Source of the DNA: a bacterium
GTDB lineage: Bacteria; Bacillota_I; Bacilli_A; RFN20; CAG-826
DNA: 64,000 bases
Direction of reading: 5' to 3'
NCBI GenBank assembly: GCA_963623195.1
Contig: CAVFKA010000010.1
Coordinates: forward strand, 64,398-128,397
Under the pieces are notes generated by a model that was not told where the DNA came from, made no database searches, and saw only the letters and a program-made list of their open reading frames with translations. Below are positions 36,268-44,684 of the stretch, one piece after another (position 1 is the first letter of the stretch; every line of letters starts with the position of its first letter). A program made the translations under genes and the position numbers.

Positions 36268-37431
36268 ATGGCAGAAGAAGTAATACAAAATAAACCTCAA
36301 GCTGAAGTTAGCGCGCCTAAGAAAGTTCATAAGCAATCTGTCGAATGGATGTTATTTGACGTTCTTATTGCCTTAGCTCCAACTTTGATTTTCTCAATTT
36401 TAGCCTATGGTGTTTACGCCATTCGCAACGTTTTGATTCCAGTGGTGACGATGTTCATCTCTGAAATGGTTTTCGTTCTTATCAAAAACCGCAAAGCTCT
36501 CTTTAGCAAAGATGAAAAGACAAAAAAGAGTTTCTTTGAAGTTCTTAACGTCGTTGATATTGTCTCACCAATAATCTCAGGCATTATCTTTGGCTTAATG
36601 ACTCAAAGCAGGGACACAAATCCAACATGGTTGATTTATTTCATCCTCATTGTTTCCTCTTTGTTTGGCATTATCTTCGGAAAACTATGTTTTGGTGGAC
36701 TTGGAAAGAATATTTTCAATCCAGCAGCGGTTTCCTTCATTTTCATGCTTATTTGTTTCAATAGCAAATTCACGGGAGTCTCCCACTATAACCCATTTGG
36801 GCTTTCTTTCTTAGGAAGTGCCTCATCTACATTTGGAATTGAAACTAATGCTACAGTTTTATCTGCAGGATTTAACGCTTCTAATTACACCTTAGAGAAT
36901 ATCTCATCTTTATTCTTTGGCACGTTCAATGGCGGAATTGGTGAATCATGCAAGATTCCTCTCTTAGTTGGCATGGCCTATTTATTAATAAGAAGAGACG
37001 CTGATTGGAAAGTTGTCCTTTCTTTCCTCTTAACATTCTTAGCAATGACTTTAGTCGCAGGACTCTTCATGATGAGAAAGGATATAAATCCAATTTATTA
37101 CACCCTCTATCAACTCTTATCTGGCGGAGTCATATTCGGCATGGCCTATATGATTGTTGAGCCAGTCACTATGCCTTTGACCGCCCCAGCTAGAGTAATG
37201 TATGGAATGATCATCGCAATCATCGCCGTCTTCATCCGTACCTTTGCTTCCGCTCCAGAAGGAATGGCCTATGCCATTGTTATGGGCAATGCAATCGGCT
37301 GTTTTGTCGATTACTATAAGTGGAGCAAAGTCAAGTTCGATTGGAAGAGCTGGGTTGCTATCGCCTCAATTGCCGTTGTTGCCTTAGGCGTATTTGCCTG
37401 GTGCATGAATGGCTATAACTATGGAGCATAA
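36268..37431 (+). CDS. rnfD: Rnf complex subunit D
   Basis: Polytopic NQR2/RnfD family: FNPAAVSFIF, GGIGESCKIPLLVGMAYLLIRR, LLSGGVIFGMAYM. A GAGGTGA RBS precedes it. Confidence 0.85.
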   Translation: MAEEVIQNKPQAEVSAPKKVHKQSVEWMLFDVLIALAPTLIFSILAYGVYAIRNVLIPVVTMFISEMVFVLIKNRKALFSKDEKTKKSFFEVLNVVDIVSPIISGIIFGLMTQSRDTNPTWLIYFILIVSSLFGIIFGKLCFGGLGKNIFNPAAVSFIFMLICFNSKFTGVSHYNPFGLSFLGSASSTFGIETNATVLSAGFNASNYTLENISSLFFGTFNGGIGESCKIPLLVGMAYLLIRRDADWKVVLSFLLTFLAMTLVAGLFMMRKDINPIYYTLYQLLSGGVIFGMAYMIVEPVTMPLTAPARVMYGMIIAIIAVFIRTFASAPEGMAYAIVMGNAIGCFVDYYKWSKVKFDWKSWVAIASIAVVALGVFAWCMNGYNYGA

Positions 37432-37435
37432 AAAT

Positions 37436-38881
37436 ATGTCAAACGAAAATAAGAAAAATAACGACTTACTTAAATGGTTGAAAGTCGGTGGCATATTATG
37501 TGCTATCGCAGGTGGTTCAGCCGTTATTCTAACTTCCCTTAATTTATTAACCGCCCCAATCATTCAAAAGAACAATGCTAGCAAGACTGCTGGTGGATAT
37601 CTCTCTATCTTCTCTAATTATGATCATAGTGGAGATAAGGTTGCCTTAGAGAGCGACACCCTTGCCTCATATGAAATTGCATATGATTCAAGCAATGCCG
37701 AACTTGGATATGTCTATACGACAAAATCCATCGCCGTCAAAGCCTATGGCAACATTACTGCCATGATTGGCGTAAGCGGATCAACTGATTCCCCAACTCT
37801 TGGAAAAGTCTATCTTGTTGAAGATTCCCTTTCTTACAAGACGACATTCGAATCCAATTATGTTGAGAAATATAACGCAAATCCATCTGATACGACGCTT
37901 AATGACGTCAAGTGTGGTGCAACATTCGCAGCTAGCGCTCTTCAAGAATTAGTAAATGCCGCAAGAGACCATTACATCTCAATTGGCGATCCTTTCAAAG
38001 AAGATTTAGCAAGCGATATTACAGCCATTTGGGGAGATAAAGCAGGATATGTGACCGATTATTGCGTAACCAGCAATTTCTCTGATGCTTCAAGCAATCT
38101 TAAGAAATACCATTCGTTCTATGAAGATGATACGATGACTGGTGAAATGGGCCGTCTCTATTCAGGCAAGTTCAAAGATGCCGCAGGAGACGTATATATC
38201 ACCGTTGGTTTTGAATCTGAAGAATATGGCAAACTTGTCATCACAAAGAATACTGTTGAAGATGAAGCTGAAAAGAACACGATCTCAACCTTTGTTGACG
38301 CATATAACGCAAACCCATCCATCGATGTTTTGAATACGGCAAGTGGAAAATACGCCACAGCCATCAAAGATATGGTCGTTGCCGCTCATTCTGATTTAGC
38401 GACAAACACTCTTAAGTCATCAACAAACGCGATTCCAACAATTGTTAACACAAGTGCATATAAGTCCATCTCCAAACCAACTGTATTAGAGGCGTCTTCT
38501 GACAATGAGAGAGTTCTTCGTTATTGGAGTCTCTTCTCCGATGAAGAAGGAACAAAAGAAGTCGCAAAAGTCTATAAGATTAACGTCGATATGGCTGAAG
38601 AGGAGAATCCTGGCAAAGGAATTTATGCCAATATCGAATCCCATACGACTTTCTTGATCACGATTTCTGGCGAAACCGAGCCAATCCTTGGCAAGATTGC
38701 AACCCTTAAATCTGAAGGTGGTGCAGGACAACTTAAAACCATCAACAACTACCTTGATAACTTTGATGGAAGCCAAAATGAAGATTCTGCTAACAAAACA
38801 GGTGCCACATATACCCTTAAAGCGGTATGGAGAGGTATCAACAAGGCCAAAGAATTATATTCTAAGGACTTAGCAAAATAA
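37436..38881 (+). CDS. rnfG: Rnf complex subunit G, expanded: N-terminal TM anchor plus three tandem FMN_bind-like repeats
   Basis: Each repeat ends in ...YNANPSDTTLNDVKCGATFAASALQELV, ...YNANPSIDVLNTASGKYATAIKDMV or ...FDGSQNEDSANKTGATYTLKAVWRGI. Canonical RnfG has a single S/TGAT(S/T) site and about 200 aa. Confidence 0.8.
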   Translation: MSNENKKNNDLLKWLKVGGILCAIAGGSAVILTSLNLLTAPIIQKNNASKTAGGYLSIFSNYDHSGDKVALESDTLASYEIAYDSSNAELGYVYTTKSIAVKAYGNITAMIGVSGSTDSPTLGKVYLVEDSLSYKTTFESNYVEKYNANPSDTTLNDVKCGATFAASALQELVNAARDHYISIGDPFKEDLASDITAIWGDKAGYVTDYCVTSNFSDASSNLKKYHSFYEDDTMTGEMGRLYSGKFKDAAGDVYITVGFESEEYGKLVITKNTVEDEAEKNTISTFVDAYNANPSIDVLNTASGKYATAIKDMVVAAHSDLATNTLKSSTNAIPTIVNTSAYKSISKPTVLEASSDNERVLRYWSLFSDEEGTKEVAKVYKINVDMAEEENPGKGIYANIESHTTFLITISGETEPILGKIATLKSEGGAGQLKTINNYLDNFDGSQNEDSANKTGATYTLKAVWRGINKAKELYSKDLAK

Positions 38882-38894
38882 GGAGGAAAGAGAT

Positions 38895-39653
38895 ATGTCT
38901 ACGAATTCTATTGCACGTTCTGAGCACAAAGCGAATTTCATCAATCCTATTTGGAAAGCAAATCCTCTCTTTGTCTTGCTTCTTGGAACATGTCCAGCTT
39001 TAGCTGTTACAACCACCATCGAGAATGCTATCGGTATGGGTATTCTCTTCACATTTGTTCTTATTGGTTCCTCAGTCTTGGTTTCTCTTCTTAGAAAATT
39101 CATCCCTGAAGAAATCGAAACCCCAGCGTTCATCATTATCATTGCTACATTCGTTACAATCGTTAAGATGCTCGCTGAAGCCTTCCTTCCTGAACTCTAC
39201 ACAGGCTTAGGCGTGTTTATCTCCTTGCTTGTCGTTAACTGTATCGTCTTAGGAAGAGCAGAAGCCTTTGCTAAGAAAAACACGGTCTTTGATTCATTCT
39301 TAGATGCTTTAGGAAACGGCATTGGCTATATCATTGCTATTCTTATTATTGCCGCCATCCGTGAAATCTTAGGAACAGGTGTTATTACAATCGGCGCCGT
39401 CTTTACTTTCATTCCAAAGACTGAAATCCCCGTCTTGAAGTTTGGAGATGTTGATTTATCGATCTCTCTATTTGCAAAGCCAGCTGGCGGTTTCATCGTC
39501 TATGGTGTTATTGAAGCAATCATCGCTTGTGTCAATATCTCTAAGGCAAATAAAGAAGCGGCAGCTAAGAGAGCTGCTCTCTTAAAAGCCCAAGAAGAAA
39601 AGAAAGCGGCTCTTGCAGCCCAACAAGCTCAAACAGCTAAGGAGGCAAAATAA
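38895..39653 (+). CDS. rnfE: Rnf complex subunit E (with a K/A-rich C-terminal tail)
   Basis: NPIWKANPLFVLLLGTCPALAVTT is the classic RnfE/NqrD N-terminus. AAGGAGG RBS. Confidence 0.9.
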   Translation: MSTNSIARSEHKANFINPIWKANPLFVLLLGTCPALAVTTTIENAIGMGILFTFVLIGSSVLVSLLRKFIPEEIETPAFIIIIATFVTIVKMLAEAFLPELYTGLGVFISLLVVNCIVLGRAEAFAKKNTVFDSFLDALGNGIGYIIAILIIAAIREILGTGVITIGAVFTFIPKTEIPVLKFGDVDLSISLFAKPAGGFIVYGVIEAIIACVNISKANKEAAAKRAALLKAQEEKKAALAAQQAQTAKEAK

Positions 39654-40243
39654 TGACAGCCACTAATTTATTTACGGCATTCTTGCTCGCTATAGTATCA
39701 TCGATGCTCATCAACAACGTCGTTCTTTCAAGATTCTATGGCATCTGTTCTTATTTAGGCGTTTCCAACAAAGTCAAATCAAGTGCTGGCATGGGCGTTG
39801 CAGTCGTCTTTGTCATCATGCTTGCATCATTGGTTTGCTATCCTATTTATAATTATATTCTTGTGCCAGCTGGACTTTCTTTCTTAGATACGATTGTCTA
39901 TATCTTAGTCATCGCCTCATTAGTCCAACTTGTCGCTCTCTTCATCAAGAAATATTCGCCATCCCTCTATAAGAGCCTTGGTATCTATCTTCCTTTGATC
40001 ACCACCAACTGCGCTGTTCTTGGTGTTGTTCAAGAAAATAATGCCCTTTCCTTTGCTGATTCAATGGCTAACGCTATTGGCACAAGCTTAGGCTTCCTTA
40101 TCATGATTGTTCTATTCTCCGCAATCCGCGTAAGACTAGAATCAACTGATTCCCCTAAAGCATGGAAAGGTCTCCCTCTTGCCTTGATTACCGCTGCCAT
40201 TATGGCGATGGCCGTCATGGGCTTAAGCGGAATGATTGCCTAA
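39653..40243 (+). CDS. rnfA: Rnf complex subunit A
   Basis: NNVVLSRFYGICSYLGVS and LPLITTNCAVLGV (RnfA/NqrE family). TAATG coupling to rnfE. Confidence 0.9.
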   Translation: MTATNLFTAFLLAIVSSMLINNVVLSRFYGICSYLGVSNKVKSSAGMGVAVVFVIMLASLVCYPIYNYILVPAGLSFLDTIVYILVIASLVQLVALFIKKYSPSLYKSLGIYLPLITTNCAVLGVVQENNALSFADSMANAIGTSLGFLIMIVLFSAIRVRLESTDSPKAWKGLPLALITAAIMAMAVMGLSGMIA

Positions 40244-40244
40244 T

Positions 40245-40454
40245 ATGCCTCAATACGCATATATCATCATTGCAATTGCTCTTATCATCGTCTTAGCGGC
40301 CACATTCTTCGTTAGTTTCATTCTCTATAGAAGAATGCCCGCCCCTAAGGGATGTGAAGATGTCAAAGCAGATCCCGAGATGTGTCCAAATTGTCAAAAG
40401 ACAAATTGCCCATTCTTCGAGGAATTTCACAAAGAAGATAAAGGAGAAAAATAA
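40245..40454 (+). CDS. Small TM plus Cys-rich protein inserted between rnfA and rnfB
   Basis: One TM helix, then C-x10-C-x2-C-x4-C (GCEDVKADPEMCPNCQKTNCP). Tightly packed in the operon. Confidence 0.55.
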   Translation: MPQYAYIIIAIALIIVLAATFFVSFILYRRMPAPKGCEDVKADPEMCPNCQKTNCPFFEEFHKEDKGEK

Positions 40455-40456
40455 AT

Positions 40457-40783
40457 ATGGATCCACTTACGATACTTTGGGGCGTTCTCGTCCTTGCAGG
40501 ACTTGGCTTGCTCTTAGGCTTCTTACTTGCCTTGGCCGCCAAATTCCTTCATGTTGAAGAAGATAAACGTATAAAAGAAGTTGAAAATATGCTTCCAGGT
40601 GCAAACTGTGGTGCTTGCGGATATGCCGGATGCCACGATCTTGCTGAAGCATTAGTCACCGGACAGGCAAAGAAAGTAACCGCTTGTAAGGTTGGCAAAA
40701 AAGAGAAAAACTTCGATCCAATTGTCGCTTATATGAAGGCCACACCAGGCCCAGATGGAAAAATTACTGAAGTTAGTGAATAA
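40457..40783 (+). CDS. rnfB: RnfB N-terminal module only (TM anchor plus CxxCGxxGC Fe-S domain; no ferredoxin domains)
   Basis: LPGANCGACGYAGCHDLAEALVTGQAKKVTAC follows a TM helix. 108 aa. AAGGAG RBS. Confidence 0.75.
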   Translation: MDPLTILWGVLVLAGLGLLLGFLLALAAKFLHVEEDKRIKEVENMLPGANCGACGYAGCHDLAEALVTGQAKKVTACKVGKKEKNFDPIVAYMKATPGPDGKITEVSE

Positions 40784-40788
40784 TTTGC

Positions 40789-40817
40789 TTGCAGTATTTA
40801 TTTCATTTGAATATAAT
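40789..40817 (+). promoter_or_regulatory. Sigma-A-like promoter for the tRNA-Ala/tRNA-CAT pair (TTGCAG-17-TATAAT)
   Basis: -35 at 40789-40794, -10 at 40812-40817. Confidence 0.55.
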
Positions 40818-40845
40818 AAACACCGCTCATTGTGAGCGGATACGT

Positions 40846-40921
40846 GGGACTTTAGCTCAGTTGGGAGAGCACCTGCTTTGCAAGCAGGGGGTCGCCAGTT
40901 CGAGCCTGGTAAGTTCCACCA
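40846..40921 (+). tRNA. tRNA-Ala (anticodon TGC)
   Basis: Acceptor GGGACTT/AAGTTCC with the G3-U70 identity pair, anticodon loop TTTGCAA, encoded CCA. Confidence 0.9.
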
Positions 40922-40928
40922 TTTAAAT

Positions 40929-41005
40929 GGCTAAGTAGCCCAGTTGGTTAGAGCAATCGGCTCATACCCGATATGTCGAGGGTTCGAGTCCCCCCTTAGC
41001 CACCA
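40929..41005 (+). tRNA. tRNA with anticodon CAT (elongator Met or lysidine-dependent Ile2; not distinguishable by eye)
   Basis: Acceptor GGCTAAG/CTTAGCC, anticodon stem ATCGG/CCGAT, loop CTCATAC. It has C12-A23 and A50-C64 mismatches. Confidence 0.75.
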
Positions 41006-41016
41006 ATAATTAATTT

Positions 41017-41044
41017 AGACCTGACAATTGTTGGGTCTTTTTTC
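41017..41044 (+). terminator. Rho-independent terminator
   Basis: AGACCTGAC-aatt-GTTGGGTCT (two G-U pairs) plus T6. Confidence 0.7.
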
Positions 41045-41111
41045 TTGCTTATTTTCAGATCTTAATTGATACCAATTGTGCTTTAAATGTATCGATTCCA
41101 TCTAATCTTTT

Positions 41112-41129
41112 AGTTTGTTATAGCAAACT
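41112..41129. promoter_or_regulatory. 18-bp near-perfect palindrome AGTTTGtTATAgCAAACT upstream of the oxidoreductase-tetR pair (candidate TetR operator)
   Basis: Read directly from the sequence, about 80 nt upstream of the 41206 start. Confidence 0.35.
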
Positions 41130-41205
41130 TTCTCATTGTGTGAAAATAAATGTTGAAAGGGTGTTTTTTGAATGCTAACATAAATTTACTCACATGGAGA
41201 AAAAT

Positions 41206-43998
41206 ATGGAAGATTTAAAAAAGAAAAGAGATGAACTTCTAGACGTAAAACCGGATATTCAATTCGATAATCCGCCAAGAGAAAAGATTTTAGCCTTAGC
41301 ACAAAAGATGACTCCGCGTAGTGGGGTTAGTATTACCTCAAGCGATCCAGAATATTATGGCATTGCTTGCATCACTAGCGATGAAGAAGCGGAAATCATG
41401 CTAAAGATGAAAATAAGAAAGCCATACACTTTTGCTCAATTGCTTAAGCTTTCTGGCCTAGATGAGAAGACCTTGCAAAAGGATTTAGACCATATGGCCT
41501 TATATGGCATGATTGAATATAACTGGGAAAACAAAAAGAGAGAAAAACAATATATTCTTCCTATTTTAGTTCCTGGCAGTGCTGAATTTACCAATATGAG
41601 ATGGGAAGAGATGGAAGAACATCCTGAACTTGCCCGTTATTTTGACCGCATGACATTGGTTCCTCTTGAAAAGGTAGGCTCTCTTGTACCTATGGGCGGA
41701 GCTGGAATTGGAATGCACGTCATTCCAGTGGAAAAGGCAATCCAAGCGGAAAACAAATCCGCTTCAGTTGAACATATCTCTCACTGGTTAGATAAATACG
41801 AAGGCAAATATGCCGCCTCCCCATGCTCTTGCCGTATGGGAAGACATTTCTTAGGCGATGCAACACCAGATGATTATCGCGATTGGTGCATTGGCTTAGG
41901 TGACTATGCAACCTACTTAGTCGAAACTAAAAAAGGTAGATACATCAGCAAAGAAGAATGCTTGAAGATTCTTGAAAAAGCCGAGAAGAATGGCTTTGTC
42001 CACCAAATCACCAACATTGATGGAAAAGATAAAATCTTTGCTATCTGTAACTGTAACAAAGATTCTTGCACAGCCATTAGAAGCTCTCAAATCTATAATT
42101 CTCCAAATTTGATGAGATCTGCATATGTTGCTCATGTTGATAAGAGCAAGTGCGTCGCTTGTGGAAAATGTGTCGAAACATGTCCAGCCGGCGCTTTGAA
42201 GTTAGGCCAAAAATTATGTTCAAAGAATGGCCCTATCACATACCCTACCCAAGAATTGCCAGGAAACGTGCCATGGGGACCAGAAAAATGGAACTTTGAA
42301 TATCGTGATACAAATAGAGTCAATTGCCATAAGAGTGGCACCTCACCATGTAAAACGGCTTGCCCTGCCCATGTTTCTGTTCAAGGCTATATCAATTTAG
42401 TTGCCCAAGGCCGTTATAAAGATGCCTTGGAATTAATCAAGAAAGACAACCCATTCCCTGCAATTTGCGGCCGTGTCTGCAATAGACGTTGCGAGGAAGC
42501 ATGCACAAGAGGAAACATCGATAGAGCTTTAGCAATCGACGCCATCAAGAAATTTGTCGCCGAACAAGACTTAAAGAAAGAAACAAGATTCGTTCCTGAA
42601 ATCGTAATGCCTTCTACAACCTTAGATCATTGGGATGAAAAAATCGCGATTATCGGTGGTGGTCCTAGCGGATTATCATGCGCCTATTTCTTAGCGTTAC
42701 ACGGCTATAAGCCAACAGTCTTTGAAAAGAACAAAGAATTAGGTGGCATGATGACATATGGCATTCCTTCATACAAGCTTGAAAAAGACGTCATCAATGC
42801 TGAAATTGAGATTCTTAAAGATTTAGGCGTCGAATTCAAAACTAATGTCAATGTTGGAAAAGACATCAGTATTGCCTCTTTAAGAAAAGAGGGGTACAAA
42901 GCCTTCTATCTCGCTATCGGTTGCCAAGGTGGCAAGAAACCTAACGTTCCAGGAGATGATGCTAAAAATACATTCATTGCCGTAGATTTCTTACATGATG
43001 CGTATGAAGGCAAGAAAAAGAAACTTGCTGGAAATGTCGTTGTTATCGGCGGAGGCAACGTTGCAATAGATTGTGCACGTGTTGCCGCACGTTTAGGCGC
43101 AAGCTCAGTTTCAATGTTCTCCTTAGAAAAGGAAAACGAAATGCCAGCAGCTAAGGATGAAGTTCTCGAAGCCAAAGAAGAAAAAGTGGACATCAAGAAT
43201 TCTTGGGGTCCAAAAGAGATCAAGAAAGACGAAAATGGCAAAGTGACCTCCATCATCTTTAAGAAATGTGTCAGCGTCTTTGACGAAGAACATCATTTCA
43301 GCCCGAAATATGATGAAAATGAATTGTTGGAAGTCAATGCCGACTATGTCATATATGCCATCGGGCAAGATGTCCTTTGGGGCAACTTGCTTAAAGGCGA
43401 GAATGTTGAGATGGCTAAAGGGAACTACCCTAAAGCAGATCCTATCACCTATCAAACCACGGTTGAAGATATCTTCATTGGCGGAGATTTGTTGACCGGA
43501 CCTAAGTTTGTTATCGATGCTATCGCCACAGGCCATAACGCAGCCGATTCCTTGAACCTATTCGTTAGACCTCAAGCCGATCTCCTTAAAGGTAGAAACA
43601 GAAGAGAATTCATCGCCTTCGATGTTGATAATGTCACTCTTCCAACCTACGATAAGACCCCTCGTCAAGAAGAAGGAGTCGATCCTAATGTTGAAGCATT
43701 ATCATTCAAGGATAAGCGCTTAACATTTAGCGAAGAGCAAGCAAAGAAAGAAGCATCACGTTGCTTAGGATGTGGTCTTACAATCGTCGATCCAAATAAA
43801 TGTTACGGTTGCGGTATTTGCACCCTTAGATGTAAATTCGATGCAATCCATCTTGAGAGGGACAACCCTAAAGCAAGCAGAATGCATTCAAATGAGCAAA
43901 AACTCAAGATACTCTTACCGATCATCATCAAACGTAAGATGAAATTCAAAAAACTTGCCAAAAAGCAGGCAAAAGAAGTTAAAAAAGCCGAAAAATAA
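41206..43998 (+). CDS. Large multidomain Fe-S flavoprotein: Cys-motif N-domain, 4Fe-4S, GltD/DPD-like NAD(P)H:FAD oxidoreductase and C-terminal 2x[4Fe-4S]
   Basis: SPCSCRMGR...ICNCNKDSC; CVACGKCVETCP; CKTACPAHVSVQGYI...ICGRVCNRRCEEAC (GltD-type cluster domain); KIAIIGGGPSGLSCAY; VVVIGGGNVAIDCA; CLGCG...CYGCGICTLRC. The start follows GGAG. Confidence 0.8.
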   Translation: MEDLKKKRDELLDVKPDIQFDNPPREKILALAQKMTPRSGVSITSSDPEYYGIACITSDEEAEIMLKMKIRKPYTFAQLLKLSGLDEKTLQKDLDHMALYGMIEYNWENKKREKQYILPILVPGSAEFTNMRWEEMEEHPELARYFDRMTLVPLEKVGSLVPMGGAGIGMHVIPVEKAIQAENKSASVEHISHWLDKYEGKYAASPCSCRMGRHFLGDATPDDYRDWCIGLGDYATYLVETKKGRYISKEECLKILEKAEKNGFVHQITNIDGKDKIFAICNCNKDSCTAIRSSQIYNSPNLMRSAYVAHVDKSKCVACGKCVETCPAGALKLGQKLCSKNGPITYPTQELPGNVPWGPEKWNFEYRDTNRVNCHKSGTSPCKTACPAHVSVQGYINLVAQGRYKDALELIKKDNPFPAICGRVCNRRCEEACTRGNIDRALAIDAIKKFVAEQDLKKETRFVPEIVMPSTTLDHWDEKIAIIGGGPSGLSCAYFLALHGYKPTVFEKNKELGGMMTYGIPSYKLEKDVINAEIEILKDLGVEFKTNVNVGKDISIASLRKEGYKAFYLAIGCQGGKKPNVPGDDAKNTFIAVDFLHDAYEGKKKKLAGNVVVIGGGNVAIDCARVAARLGASSVSMFSLEKENEMPAAKDEVLEAKEEKVDIKNSWGPKEIKKDENGKVTSIIFKKCVSVFDEEHHFSPKYDENELLEVNADYVIYAIGQDVLWGNLLKGENVEMAKGNYPKADPITYQTTVEDIFIGGDLLTGPKFVIDAIATGHNAADSLNLFVRPQADLLKGRNRREFIAFDVDNVTLPTYDKTPRQEEGVDPNVEALSFKDKRLTFSEEQAKKEASRCLGCGLTIVDPNKCYGCGICTLRCKFDAIHLERDNPKASRMHSNEQKLKILLPIIIKRKMKFKKLAKKQAKEVKKAEK

Positions 43999-44006
43999 AC
44001 ATTAAA

Positions 44007-44035
44007 GGGAGGACTGTTCCTCCCTTTTGTTCTTT
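44007..44035 (+). terminator. Rho-independent terminator
   Basis: GGGAGGA-ctgt-TCCTCCC plus TTTT. Confidence 0.8.
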
Positions 44036-44069
44036 ATCAAGCAAATTTGTGATAACATAACTCTATTAT

Positions 44070-44684
44070 ATGGAAATCAAGGTTAACTACAACGAATCAA
44101 GACTCAAAAGCAAGCAAAGGAACTATATTTTGAGCATTGCTTATGACTTGTTCGTTAAAAAAGGAATCGAAAGCGTGACGATGCAAGAGATCGCCTCAGC
44201 TTGTGATATTGAGAGAAGGTCTTTGTATAATTATTATAACGATAAGGATCAAATTGCTTTCGATATCGCTAAATGTTTCTTGTTATCGATTGAAAAAATC
44301 AGCGCCATAAAAGATAAAACATTCGAAAACAAATTCTTAGAGATCAAAGAACTAGTTCATGCTTTCTATGATTATGCGATAAGTGATCCTGATGCGATAA
44401 AGTTCTCCTTGCATTTTGACCATTATTTCGGGGATAGGGAAGAATACACCTCATATTTAAGAAAGGCAGTAGACAACATTTTGCATGTTGCTTTGATAAA
44501 AGAAGGCATAGAGGATGGCTCAATAAATCCTTCATTCAAAGGCAATGAGAAAAACATTTGTTTTGTTATCCAAGGTGCTATGCTCTCTTTTGCCCAAAGA
44601 GCCATTTTTAAAACGACCTTAGAAGAAGCAAAAGTAAATCTCAAACTCTTGCTTGATGTATTTCTAAGTTCGATCAAAGCCTAA
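44070..44684 (+). CDS. TetR/AcrR-family transcriptional regulator
   Basis: N-terminal HTH ILSIAYDLFVKKGIESVTMQEIASACDIERRSLYNYY. Confidence 0.85.
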   Translation: MEIKVNYNESRLKSKQRNYILSIAYDLFVKKGIESVTMQEIASACDIERRSLYNYYNDKDQIAFDIAKCFLLSIEKISAIKDKTFENKFLEIKELVHAFYDYAISDPDAIKFSLHFDHYFGDREEYTSYLRKAVDNILHVALIKEGIEDGSINPSFKGNEKNICFVIQGAMLSFAQRAIFKTTLEEAKVNLKLLLDVFLSSIKA

